Of a DNA stretch of 32,000 nucleotides, positions 18,776-27,752 are shown piece by piece. The position numbers and the translations under genes were made by a program. The notes below the pieces were generated by a model. It saw nothing but the letters and a program-made list of their open reading frames with translations. It was not told where the DNA came from and ran no database searches. Location of the stretch: positions 330,001-362,000 of the forward strand of contig NC_014408.1 in NCBI RefSeq assembly GCF_000145295.1, written 5' to 3'. Position 1 is the first letter of the stretch; the number at the start of each line of letters is the position of its first letter. The DNA comes from Methanothermobacter marburgensis str. Marburg. Its GTDB lineage: Archaea; Methanobacteriota; Methanobacteria; Methanobacteriales; Methanothermobacteraceae.

Positions 18776-19605
18776 TGGACAGAACCGACATTGCAGGGGC
18801 TATAATCCTCATAGTGCTGATTGCTGGGTTCATCGTGGCATCAGCAGCCTCGCTTCTACCCGGGACTCAGGATGATGCTGCCATTGTTGAAAATTTCACT
18901 CTGAACTCTGCAGATGTCTCGGGCGTTAAGTACGTGAATGTTAACATGGAATCCAATACAAGCGGGACTTATATTGGATTCACAGATAATGCAGATAGCG
19001 TTTACATGGTCGAGACAGAGACTGACCCTGGCGATGAAAAACCAGAGGTTAACTATACCGTTGAGGGGGATACCCTGAATCTCAACATTAAGATGGATAA
19101 AGGCGGTGCAAGGATACTCCTATCAAACAGGTACCAGTACAATATAACCATGAGGAGCAAGGTTGGAGGGGTTACACTGGTCCTTGCAAATAACTCAAGG
19201 ATCGACAGCATCAATTCAACCATCCAGTACGCCGGCGGCGGAACCGTTCTCCTGGGAAACACAAGCTTCAGGAACGCATCATTCAATGTGAATACCGGAG
19301 GATTCTACATAGCGGACCTCGGTCAGGGTGTGAGGCCCACAGGTAATATGAGCACTCAGGTTACGGTTGGGGGAACATCAATAGCCCTGTTTCCGGCATA
19401 CGCCGTCAGGGTCACAGGATCAGTGGACTATGGGGCTGTTGGATTCCAACCAGAGGGATTCAGGGTCATAAGAAATTCAACCAGTTACCTTGAAATTGAA
19501 AGCCCATCCTATGGGAAATCAGCCGGCGGACTTCAGATGATGAACAGTGTCGGACTCGGCGGAATCAACGTGGGTGTCTTCAGGATGCCGGTAACACCAC
19601 AATAA
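18775..19605 (+). CDS. Membrane-anchored beta-rich extracellular protein with many N-glycosylation sequons
   Basis: The ATG overlaps the stop of the upstream gene (TAATG). N-terminal anchor 'AIILIVLIAGFIVASAASLL'. Repetitive beta-strand-like segments ('GGVTLVLANNSRIDSINSTIQYAGGGTVLLGNTSFRNASFNVNTGG'). 10 N-x-S/T sequons. Confidence 0.65.
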   Translation: MDRTDIAGAIILIVLIAGFIVASAASLLPGTQDDAAIVENFTLNSADVSGVKYVNVNMESNTSGTYIGFTDNADSVYMVETETDPGDEKPEVNYTVEGDTLNLNIKMDKGGARILLSNRYQYNITMRSKVGGVTLVLANNSRIDSINSTIQYAGGGTVLLGNTSFRNASFNVNTGGFYIADLGQGVRPTGNMSTQVTVGGTSIALFPAYAVRVTGSVDYGAVGFQPEGFRVIRNSTSYLEIESPSYGKSAGGLQMMNSVGLGGINVGVFRMPVTPQ

Positions 19606-19606
19606 A

Positions 19607-21001
19607 TCATCTTAATTTTTTTTTGAAGGGAATTTTAGGCTCGATGTATGTCCTATACAGTGTTTCAAGGAATACGCGTATCATGTAACTATGCCTCAGG
19701 AGATAGGAGGGCCTTGAGTAGAACCTGAGGTACGCCTTCACAAGCTTTTTCTGGATGAGTTCACGGCTCAGACCAAGCTTCTCGTATTTGATAACGGGCT
19801 TTATGACGGTGTAATTTTCCCAGTCATCTTCGATGAGTCCCTGCCTCCTGAGCTCCGCGTAGAGGGGGGTTCCCGGGAATGGTGTAAGTATGGAGTACTG
19901 GCTGTAGTCCGGGTCAAGTTTTATCGAAAAGTCTATGGTCCGGTCCATCTCTGAGGGTTTCTCACCTGGATACCCGAGGATGAAGGAGGTTATTACCTCC
20001 ACCCCAGCCTTCCTGGCAGCCCTCACAGCATCTTCAGCCTGCTTAACAGTTATGCCCTTCTTCATCATATCAAGGACGCGCTGACACCCGGATTCAACAC
20101 CATAATATATTGTTTTCATCCCCGCGGCCCTGAGGTCCCTGAGAAGGGATTCCTGGACCATGTCCACCCTTGAGGATGTGACAAAACTCACATCAATGTT
20201 TCTCCTCTGGATCTCCTCAGCGATCTCCCTGGCCCGGCGCCGGTGGAGCATGAAGGTGTCGTCGAGGAATGCTATATCATGGAGGCCGTAGACCTCCACG
20301 AGCTCCTCAACCTCATCGACAACGTTCTCAGGGCTCCTGAACCTGAACTTCTTACCCATTATGAGGGATGATGAGCAGTACCTGCAGGGGTAGACACAGC
20401 CACGGCTGGTTATCATTCCACCGGCATCCTGACTGGAGGTTTCATAATCCCTGAATGGTACAAGGTGCCTCGCAGGGAAGGGTATCTCATCAAGGTCCTC
20501 TATGAGGGGCCGGGCCCTGTTTGTCCGTATCCTGTCACCCTCACGGTAGGTGATGCCTGCAACATCATCAAGGGACCCGGGGCCTCCCTTTTCATAGGTC
20601 TCTGCAAGATCAATGATGGTGGCCTCTCCCTCACCCATGACAACAACATCAAGGTCCCTGCATTCCTGGAGTGTATCCACAGGGAGAAATGTGGGGTGTG
20701 GGCCCCCTATAACCGTCAGGACGTCAGGTAATCGATTTTTTATCGCCCTTATGTACTCAAGGGATGTTCTTATTGTTGCAGTGGTTGCTGTTATCCCCAC
20801 AATGAGGGGGTTAATTCCTTCAACTATTCTGGCAACCCCTTCAGCTCCCATTCTCCGGAGATCATCATCGATTATCTGAACAGTGAAGGATGCCCTTTCA
20901 AGGGCAGCTCCAAGGTACATCAGATTGAGGGGTGGCAGAACAAAGCCCAGTTTATTCTTAACCGCTGTCCTGTCCTCGGGGTTTATGAGTACAACGTCCA
21001 A
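19607..21001 (-). CDS. Class-B (B12-binding-domain) radical SAM enzyme
   Basis: N-terminal cobalamin-domain-like Rossmann segment ('[32 protein letters not shown]'). Radical SAM 'GCVYPCRYC'. The TTG start directly follows the TAA of the upstream gene, with 'GGTGGTG' just upstream. Confidence 0.9.
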   Translation of the reverse strand: MDVVLINPEDRTAVKNKLGFVLPPLNLMYLGAALERASFTVQIIDDDLRRMGAEGVARIVEGINPLIVGITATTATIRTSLEYIRAIKNRLPDVLTVIGGPHPTFLPVDTLQECRDLDVVVMGEGEATIIDLAETYEKGGPGSLDDVAGITYREGDRIRTNRARPLIEDLDEIPFPARHLVPFRDYETSSQDAGGMITSRGCVYPCRYCSSSLIMGKKFRFRSPENVVDEVEELVEVYGLHDIAFLDDTFMLHRRRAREIAEEIQRRNIDVSFVTSSRVDMVQESLLRDLRAAGMKTIYYGVESGCQRVLDMMKKGITVKQAEDAVRAARKAGVEVITSFILGYPGEKPSEMDRTIDFSIKLDPDYSQYSILTPFPGTPLYAELRRQGLIEDDWENYTVIKPVIKYEKLGLSRELIQKKLVKAYLRFYSRPSYLLRHSYMIRVFLETLYRTYIEPKIPFKKKLR

Positions 21002-22366
21002 TTAAACACCACCGGTTTGTTTTTCTCCAGAAATTCTTCGCCATTCTCCAATGTTGTTCACACAGCCAGGGTCCGGCGAATGGATGTCCCCCAGATAGGA
21101 GAGGGCACGTGCCCTGCAGCCGCCACAGATGTATCTGGATTTGCATGATCCGCAGTGGTCTGAGAGTTTATCCCTATCCCTGAGGTTCCTTAGTACCCTG
21201 CTGGTCTTCCATAACTCTTCAAAGTCATCTTCTAGGATGTTGCCCACACAGAGGTCATCCAGGTGCGGGAAGAATACGCAGGGATAGATGTCGCCGTCCG
21301 GTTCGATGCTCAGGTAGAATCTTCCAGCGCCACATCCACCTATAAATTCGGCAAGATGGAGGGTCTCATCTGTGTATTCGGGGTTATAGAAGTGGGTGGG
21401 TATCATCCTCTTATCCTTGCTGAGGCCTGCTGCGATGGGTGCGAACTGTGGTGCTGTTGAGAGGACCTGGATTTTACCATGGAGGTTGCTGTGGTAGGCT
21501 TCACAGAGGACCCTGTACCTTTCCGGGGGGCCTATGTCCAGTTCAGGGTTCTCTTTTCCCCGACCCGCGGGGATGAAATTGTAGAGCATGAACCAGTCTG
21601 CGCCCAGCTCATGGAAGAATTCAGCCATTTCAGAAAGGTGCATGAAGTTCTCTGAGGTCACGGTGGTTGCAACCTCCACAAAGATGTCATACTCTGAGAA
21701 GTTTTTAACGGCCTCACATGCCCTCTCCCATGAGCCATCAACACCCCGGAATCTGTCATGGACCTCTGGCTTCATGGAATCGATACTTATCTGTACAAAC
21801 TGCAGGCCCGCATCGACGAATTTCCTGCAGACGTCCCTGTCCCTGAAGATGTACCCATTGGTTGCCATGGCGGTGTACATGCCGTTCTCATGGGACCTGG
21901 ATATGTAGTCCATTATGGCGGGGTGCATGCTTGGCTCTCCACCTGAAAGGGCAAGGGATGTTACGCCTGCATCTGTAAGTATGTCTATGACCCTGAGGCC
22001 CTCCTGGGCTTCCAGTTCATGTGGCCTCTGACTGTTGTATTCGTAGCAGTGTTTGCATTTGAGGTTGCAACGCCCTGTAATGTTCCATACCACCTGGAAG
22101 GGGGCTCCGGGTATGAATGGTCTGTTAACACCGAATAACCCGATCCCCTTGAGGACGCTGATGAGGCCCCTCATCCAGTGCGGATCATGCATCTGTTCCC
22201 TCAAATCCTCTTCATTCACGCCAAAGGCATCTGCTCCACTGCTCAATATGAGGCCAATGATGCTGGATAGTAGCCTGCACTCGAAGCAGCATTCTTCGTC
22301 ATGGAGGTAGTGTCTAAGGGCGTTCTCTATCCTTGGAGATCCATCCCTCCGGCACTCCCCCATCAT
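21002..22366 (-). CDS. Radical SAM enzyme with SPASM/twitch-type C-terminal auxiliary-cluster domain and about 90-aa N-terminal extension
   Basis: 'GRCNLKCKHCY' (CX3CX2C). C-terminal 'GGCGAGRFYLSIEPDGDIYPC' and 'CGSCKSRYICGGC'. N-terminal 'CCFEC'. Confidence 0.9.
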   Translation of the reverse strand: MMGECRRDGSPRIENALRHYLHDEECCFECRLLSSIIGLILSSGADAFGVNEEDLREQMHDPHWMRGLISVLKGIGLFGVNRPFIPGAPFQVVWNITGRCNLKCKHCYEYNSQRPHELEAQEGLRVIDILTDAGVTSLALSGGEPSMHPAIMDYISRSHENGMYTAMATNGYIFRDRDVCRKFVDAGLQFVQISIDSMKPEVHDRFRGVDGSWERACEAVKNFSEYDIFVEVATTVTSENFMHLSEMAEFFHELGADWFMLYNFIPAGRGKENPELDIGPPERYRVLCEAYHSNLHGKIQVLSTAPQFAPIAAGLSKDKRMIPTHFYNPEYTDETLHLAEFIGGCGAGRFYLSIEPDGDIYPCVFFPHLDDLCVGNILEDDFEELWKTSRVLRNLRDRDKLSDHCGSCKSRYICGGCRARALSYLGDIHSPDPGCVNNIGEWRRISGEKQTGGV

Positions 22367-22448
22367 ATGTTTCAGAAGAACCCTTGAAGCGGGGTTTTCA
22401 GAGACCCTTCTGAATGTGCCTATAAGGTCCCTGAGGTCTCGTCTGGAA

Positions 22449-23033
22449 CTATTCCTTAATCATACCACCTCCTTCTATACCCCTCCATAATATGTCTATG
22501 AAACTCTCCGCTGCTGGTGTTTCATGTCCGCGGAAGTGTGAACTGAGGCTTGCATGGGAGATGTAACTGATTATCATCTCTGCAGCGGTCCCCGGATCCA
22601 CGACCCTTATGGAGCCCTCACTGATCTTATCCCTGAGATAATGCTCAATTGAATCGTATATCAATCTGGCAGTTGAATCATGGATTTCCCACCCATCAAA
22701 ACCGTGTTCTTCAAGTTCCCTTTCAACCATCATCAAAAAGAGAAGGTCGATCTTCTCCTGGACCATGACCATGATCAGTTTCTGGATGACTTCCTTCAGC
22801 ACATCACGCGGGTCACCATCTCTCCTGAGGACTTCAAGGACCCCCGATATCCTTTCGCTGCTCTCATCCATTATCCTTTTGAGAAGGTTTTTCTTGGATC
22901 CAAATTTTCTGAAGACCGTTACTTCACTTACACCGGCCCGGGATGCAATTTCACGGGTTGTTGTACCCCTGTATCCCCTTTTTATGAAAAGTTCCCTTGC
23001 GGCTTCGGTTATCCTCTTCTCTGTGGAGACCAT
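22449..23033 (-). CDS. TetR-family transcriptional regulator
   Basis: HTH 'ELFIKRGYRGTTTREIASRAGVSEVTVFRKFGSKKNLL'. The ORF track starts at 23063, but that ATG lies upstream of the TSS predicted from the TATA at 23076-23086, so I prefer Met at 23033 (MVSTEKRI). Confidence 0.8.
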   Translation of the reverse strand: MVSTEKRITEAARELFIKRGYRGTTTREIASRAGVSEVTVFRKFGSKKNLLKRIMDESSERISGVLEVLRRDGDPRDVLKEVIQKLIMVMVQEKIDLLFLMMVERELEEHGFDGWEIHDSTARLIYDSIEHYLRDKISEGSIRVVDPGTAAEMIISYISHASLSSHFRGHETPAAESFIDILWRGIEGGGMIKE

Positions 23034-23075
23034 GATACCACTTATGTAAGTACTTACTAACATTATGGGGTTAGT

Positions 23076-23086
23076 GTTATATAAAC
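23076..23086. promoter_or_regulatory. Near-palindromic TATA box, possibly bidirectional (TetR operon / 113-aa gene)
   Basis: 'GTTATATAAAC' is centred 27 nt before ATG 23108 on the plus strand (leaderless geometry). On the minus strand it lies about 48 nt before ATG 23033. Confidence 0.4.
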
Positions 23087-23107
23087 ATTATCGCCACAGA
23101 TAGTACC

Positions 23108-23449
23108 ATGAGAATAACCGAGAAGGATGTTATTGAATCACTGGAACTCTTCACAAGGGTACCATCATTCCTACTAAGACGCTGGGTTCGGAAAGAGATA
23201 AACCTGGCATCAAAATTCAGATCACAGATAATAGATGGCTATTCACAGCTTTCAGAATATGACAGGGAGAGGTTGAGGGCCATACTTGAAATGGATGTCT
23301 CTGATATCCAGGATATACTTGGGGAAGCCCACAGGAAAACAGGAAAAGAGCAGCTAAAAATACTTTCAGATCCATCAAGCAGGAAATTCATAGAGATTAA
23401 CCTGGAAGAGACCAGGAATCTCATCTCTAATGAAAAAAGGGACAGTTAA
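23108..23449 (+). CDS. Hypothetical soluble protein (113 aa)
   Basis: ORF with leaderless-type promoter geometry. Helical and charged, with no motif recognised. Its stop overlaps the rfbB stop convergently. Confidence 0.5.
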   Translation: MRITEKDVIESLELFTRVPSFLLRRWVRKEINLASKFRSQIIDGYSQLSEYDRERLRAILEMDVSDIQDILGEAHRKTGKEQLKILSDPSSRKFIEINLEETRNLISNEKRDS

Positions 23450-24456
23450 TCCCGCAGCCTCTCGTCGTACATTCGCTCATAGTATCTCAGGTACTCTCCG
23501 CTTTTTATATTCTCCCACCATTCTCTGTTATCAATGTACCATTTTATGGTCTCCCTGATACCCTCCTCAAAGGAGTAACAGGGCTTCCAGCCAAGTTCAC
23601 TCCTTATCTTACTTGCATCGATTGCATATCTCCTGTCATGGCCAGGGCGGTCCTCAACGAACCTTATGAGGGATTCATCCTTGCCAAGCTCCCTGAGTAT
23701 GAGCTCAACGATCTCTATATTCCTCCTCTCACTGTTACTCCCTATATTGTAGACCTCACCTGCACGTCCACCGTGCAGAACGAGGTCAATTGCCCTGCAG
23801 TGGTCCCGGACATGTATCCAGTCCCTCACATTCATGCCGTCACCGTAGACAGGGAGGGGTTTATCCTCAAGGGCATTCGTTATCATGAGGGGTATTAGCT
23901 TCTCAGGGAACTGGTAGGGTCCATAGTTGTTGGAGCAGCGTGTTATGTTAACCGGCAAACCATAGGTACGGTTGTATGCCCTGGCTATGAGGTCTGCAGA
24001 GGCCTTGCTGGCAGAGTAGGGGCTGTTTGGTGCCAGCGGGGTCTCTTCGGTGAAATAGCCCTCCTCCGTGGAGCCGTAAACCTCATCCGTTGAGATCTGT
24101 ATGAACCTCTCAACACCCTGCCTCCTAGAGGCCTCCAGGAGCGTCTGAGTGCCCATGACATTTGTCCTTATGAATATGCCCGGGTCCTCAATACTCCGGT
24201 CGACATGGGATTCTGCCGCGAAGTTCACAACAACATCAGATTCTGCTATGAGGTCGTTAACAAGTTCCTTATCAGTTATGCTGCCCTTAACAAATATGTA
24301 CCGTGGGTCATCCTCCACTCCGGCGAGGTTTTCAAGGTTTCCACAGTATGTGAGAGCGTCAAGGTTGATTATCTCATAGCTGTGGTTCTCAAGCATGTAC
24401 CTTATGAAGTTGCTACCTATGAAGCCGGCTCCACCGGTTACTAGAATTCTTTCCAT
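23446..24456 (-). CDS. rfbB: dTDP-glucose 4,6-dehydratase
   Basis: 'VTGGAGFIGSNF' Rossmann motif and 'YSASKA' (YxxxK). 336 aa. SD 'GGAGAT' upstream. Confidence 0.95.
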   Translation of the reverse strand: MERILVTGGAGFIGSNFIRYMLENHSYEIINLDALTYCGNLENLAGVEDDPRYIFVKGSITDKELVNDLIAESDVVVNFAAESHVDRSIEDPGIFIRTNVMGTQTLLEASRRQGVERFIQISTDEVYGSTEEGYFTEETPLAPNSPYSASKASADLIARAYNRTYGLPVNITRCSNNYGPYQFPEKLIPLMITNALEDKPLPVYGDGMNVRDWIHVRDHCRAIDLVLHGGRAGEVYNIGSNSERRNIEIVELILRELGKDESLIRFVEDRPGHDRRYAIDASKIRSELGWKPCYSFEEGIRETIKWYIDNREWWENIKSGEYLRYYERMYDERLRD

Positions 24457-24466
24457 CTAAATCTCC

Positions 24467-25024
24467 TCAGAGGTAAACTGGTCTTTCACGGAGGGGCTTC
24501 CAGTTCATGTCCTTATCTGAAATTATGAGTTCATCCACCAGCTCCAGGGGCCACTCTATACCGATGTCAGGGTCGTCCCATGGAATGCCAGAGTCGTATT
24601 CAGGGAGGTAGAGTTCTGTGCACTTGTAGTTAACTATGCACTCATCTGCGAGGGCCAGAAATCCGTGTGCAAATCCCTCGGGAATGAAGAATTCCCTCCT
24701 GTTCTCCTCTGAAAGGTGAACACCCACCCATTCACCGTAAGTCTCTGAGTCTCTGCGAAGGTCCACTGCAACATCAAAGATTTCACCCTTCACAGCCCTG
24801 ATGAGTTTTCCCTGGGGCCTCTTCAGCTGGAAGTGAAGGCCCCTGAGGACGCCCCTGCGGGACATGGATTCGTTGTCCTGGACAAATGTGATATCAAGGC
24901 CATGGTCCCTGAATAGTGCCTGGTTGAAGGTCTCCATGAAGTATCCACGTTCATCTCCGTAGACCTCCGGTTCTATGATGATTGCACCATCAAGCCTGGT
25001 TCTCTGGAATCTGAAGTTACCCAT
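24467..25024 (-). CDS. rfbC: dTDP-4-dehydrorhamnose 3,5-epimerase
   Basis: '[18 protein letters not shown]' and 'RGLHFQ'. ATG 25024 overlaps the rfbA stop (ATGGGTAA). The ORF-track N-terminal extension to 25123 lies inside rfbA. Confidence 0.9.
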   Translation of the reverse strand: MGNFRFQRTRLDGAIIIEPEVYGDERGYFMETFNQALFRDHGLDITFVQDNESMSRRGVLRGLHFQLKRPQGKLIRAVKGEIFDVAVDLRRDSETYGEWVGVHLSEENRREFFIPEGFAHGFLALADECIVNYKCTELYLPEYDSGIPWDDPDIGIEWPLELVDELIISDKDMNWKPLRERPVYL

Positions 25025-25895
25025 GGAAGTTTCCCTCCGCAAGGTCTCTGAGGTATCTGCCGTATTCTGTCTTCTCAAGTTTTTCTGCCATTTCAAGGAG
25101 ATCATCCCTTGTGATCCATCCATTGTTGTATGCTATCTCCTCAAGGCATGCGATGTAGAATCCCTGCCTCTTCTGTATGGTCTCTATGAAACTGCTTGCC
25201 TCCAGAAGGCCGTCATGGGTACCGGTGTCAAGCCAGGCCATCCCACGGCCCATGAGCTCCACACGGAGCTTCTTCATCTTCAGGTACTCCTCGTTGACGG
25301 ATGTTATCTCAAGCTCCCCCCTCTCTGATGGCTCTATCCTGCTGGCAATTTCAACCACCTGGTTGTCATAGAAGTATAGGCCCGGGACAACGTAGTTGGA
25401 TCTGGGTCTTTCAGGTTTTTCTTCTATTGATATAACCCTTCCTTCCCCGTCGAACTCAACAACACCGAAGGGTCGCGGGTCCTTTACATAGTAACCGAAT
25501 ATGACAGCACCCTCCCTGATGGACGCAGCCCTCTGGAGTATTTCACTGAACCTGTGCCCGTAGAATACGTTATCACCCAGCACCAGGGCAACCCTGGAAT
25601 CTCCAATGAACTCCCTTCCCACAAGGAATGCATCGGCAATACCGCGGGGTTCCTCCTGCACCTCATAGGCGAACCTGACACCGAACTGTGACCCGTCCCC
25701 CAGGAGGTCCCTGTAGAGTGGAAGATCCCTTGGGGTTGATATCACGAGGATATCCCTTATACCCGCGAGCATCAGCACAGATAGGGGATAATATATCATT
25801 GGCTTATCATATATCGGGAGAAGCTGCTTTGAAACAGCCCTTGTTATGGGGTAGAGGCGGGTTCCTGAACCCCCTGCAAGCACTATGCCCTTCAT
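25017..25895 (-). CDS. rfbA: Glucose-1-phosphate thymidylyltransferase
   Basis: '[18 protein letters not shown]'. 292 aa. ATGA overlap with the rfbD stop. Confidence 0.95.
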   Translation of the reverse strand: MKGIVLAGGSGTRLYPITRAVSKQLLPIYDKPMIYYPLSVLMLAGIRDILVISTPRDLPLYRDLLGDGSQFGVRFAYEVQEEPRGIADAFLVGREFIGDSRVALVLGDNVFYGHRFSEILQRAASIREGAVIFGYYVKDPRPFGVVEFDGEGRVISIEEKPERPRSNYVVPGLYFYDNQVVEIASRIEPSERGELEITSVNEEYLKMKKLRVELMGRGMAWLDTGTHDGLLEASSFIETIQKRQGFYIACLEEIAYNNGWITRDDLLEMAEKLEKTEYGRYLRDLAEGNFHG

Positions 25896-26746
25896 GGTCC
25901 ACCTCCATTAATTGATTTCATTTCCTCAAGGTAATCCTTAAGGGCTTCCCTGTAGCTTCTGAGGGGCTTAAAGCCCTCCATGATCCAGTTATAATTTTTG
26001 AGGACAGAGAATGATGGTCTGCGGGCGGGTCTCGGGAATTCATGGCTCCTTACAGGTTTCAACTTAACACCCATCTGCAGCGCATGGAATATCTCCCTGG
26101 CAAAATCATACCATGAGCAGTGGCCAGAGTTTGTTATATGATAAACACCATATGCGGGCCTTTCAATAAGCTTCCCGATTGCACCTGCAAGGTCACGGGT
26201 GTATGTTGGGGATCCATACTGGTCATCAACAACACTTATCTCATGACCCCTCTCTGCGAGTTCCACCATGGTACTTACAAAGTTTCTCCCGTTCCTCCCA
26301 AATAGCCAGGAGGTCCTTACTATGTAGAATTTATCTGTCAGATCACGCACAGCAAGTTCACCCAGGTACTTGGTTTTCCCGTAAAAGTTCAGAGGATCCG
26401 GTTCATCAAATTCAAAGTATTCTTCACCCTTCTTACCATTAAAAACATAATCGGTGGATATGTAAACCAGACTGGCGCCTGTCTGTGATGCAGCGGCAGC
26501 AACGTTCCGGGTCCCGAGAACGTTCACCTGATAGGCTGTTTCACGCTCCGATTCGGCACAGTCAACGTCTGTGAATGCAGCTGCATGTATGATGGTATCC
26601 GGACGCTTTTTGGCTGCAAGTTCCATGACACCCTCAAGGTCCCGGATGTCAAGGTCTCCTGACGTTAAAACCTCATGTCTTTCTTTCAGGACATCAATGA
26701 GGTCACTTCCAAGCATACCCGAGGCCCCGGTTACAAGAACCTTCAT
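25892..26746 (-). CDS. rfbD: dTDP-4-dehydrorhamnose reductase
   Basis: '[14 protein letters not shown]' and 'STDYVFNG'. 284 aa. Its start directly abuts the stop of the HAD gene (TGAATG). Confidence 0.95.
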   Translation of the reverse strand: MKVLVTGASGMLGSDLIDVLKERHEVLTSGDLDIRDLEGVMELAAKKRPDTIIHAAAFTDVDCAESERETAYQVNVLGTRNVAAAASQTGASLVYISTDYVFNGKKGEEYFEFDEPDPLNFYGKTKYLGELAVRDLTDKFYIVRTSWLFGRNGRNFVSTMVELAERGHEISVVDDQYGSPTYTRDLAGAIGKLIERPAYGVYHITNSGHCSWYDFAREIFHALQMGVKLKPVRSHEFPRPARRPSFSVLKNYNWIMEGFKPLRSYREALKDYLEEMKSINGGGP

Positions 26747-27445
26747 TCAATCACCCATAACGCTCACTGCAGTACCATAACCTGTTATCTCAAGGAAGGC
26801 ATCAACGTCACCGAGACACTCAAGGACGTGGTCGGCACCGGCTGCCTCCAGTTCATCAACCGTGAAGTCCCCTGTGGCAACCCCCACGGTCCTCAAGCCA
26901 AGTTCCCTCCCGGCTTCAATATCCCGTGGAGTGTCACCTACGGTTATAACATTTTCCCGCCGTAGCCGCCCGTAAATTGAGGAGGCCCTTTCAAGGGCAA
27001 GCCTCAGTATCGAGGCCCTGCTGCACCCCTCGTTGCCAAAGCCCCCGAAGTTGAAGTATCCATCAAATGAGGCCTCTCTGAGCTTCAACCATGCAACAGG
27101 CTCAATGTTTCCGGTCACAACTCCGAGGGGTGTTCCGGCTTCACTGAGCCTTTTAAGGATAATTTCTGCACCATGCAGGGCTCTTATGTTATCCCTCTCA
27201 AGGTTCAGGCGGTAGTTATAGGAAATCCTATCCACTATCCTCACAAAGTCCCCATCGCTGATTTCAAGACCGTACTTCCATGCGGTCTGGAATATTATCT
27301 CCTTATCGGTCATCCCCTGGATTCTTTCGATGTCTATTTCAACATCAGCATTGAAAAGTTCCCTGAACGCCTGCCTGAAGGAGTAGAAGTGACAGTGGGA
27401 TCCCACAAGCAGCGTTTTATCAATATCGAATATGATGGTGTTCAT
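26747..27445 (-). CDS. HAD-superfamily hydrolase (phosphatase/phosphomutase-like)
   Basis: Motif I 'IIFDIDKTL', motif II 'VVTGN', motif IV 'VGDTPRDIEAG'. I prefer Met at 27445, 1 nt after the stop of the upstream small ORF. Confidence 0.8.
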   Translation of the reverse strand: MNTIIFDIDKTLLVGSHCHFYSFRQAFRELFNADVEIDIERIQGMTDKEIIFQTAWKYGLEISDGDFVRIVDRISYNYRLNLERDNIRALHGAEIILKRLSEAGTPLGVVTGNIEPVAWLKLREASFDGYFNFGGFGNEGCSRASILRLALERASSIYGRLRRENVITVGDTPRDIEAGRELGLRTVGVATGDFTVDELEAAGADHVLECLGDVDAFLEITGYGTAVSVMGD

Positions 27446-27446
27446 C

Positions 27447-27671
27447 TTAGACCTGCCTCTCATACTTTTTCCTGAGGTGTTCGGAGCTGTACTCATAGTA
27501 AACTATGTTTGATTTCAGAAAGACCCTCTGGGCAGGGTTGCCATTCCTGAGGTAGGTGACGGTTATCTTCCTCTCACTGACCCGTATGTCAATTGCATTT
27601 CCACGGGGACCTGTGGCGTAGGTGTGTTCAGCCCCCAGAATGTCCATTATTCTTATCCAGTCCACTGCCAT
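27447..27671 (-). CDS. Small beta-rich protein, unknown function (tentative), first cistron of the rfb operon
   Basis: 74-codon ORF whose stop is 1 nt from the HAD start. A TATA-like 'AATTTATAG' (minus strand, about 27738-27746) lies upstream. No motif recognised. Confidence 0.45.
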   Translation of the reverse strand: MAVDWIRIMDILGAEHTYATGPRGNAIDIRVSERKITVTYLRNGNPAQRVFLKSNIVYYEYSSEHLRKKYERQV

Positions 27672-27752
27672 GGCTCTTTACCCGTTCTTTAATCCTGCTT
27701 CACCATCATGGTGACGTTATTATTATCTGCAGTTTCATCTATAAATTATTCT

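Noticed and set aside
22367-22448. The SPASM radical SAM reading frame stays open through the whole 82-nt gap back into the TetR 3' end. I considered a longer N-terminus or a hidden fused leader/precursor peptide.
   Set aside because: There is no ATG, GTG or TTG codon in that frame upstream of 22366, so there is no support for translation of the extension.
22680-23060. 126-aa and 94-aa plus-strand ORFs
   Set aside because: They are antisense to the TetR gene, which has a clear HTH.
25025-25123. N-terminal extensions given by longest-ORF calls (rfbC to 25123, HAD to 27496, tmk from 6946, ArsR from 27708, TetR to 23063)
   Set aside because: The extensions overlap upstream genes or promoter elements and precede the conserved family N-termini. 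Internal Met starts fit the coupling and promoter geometry better.
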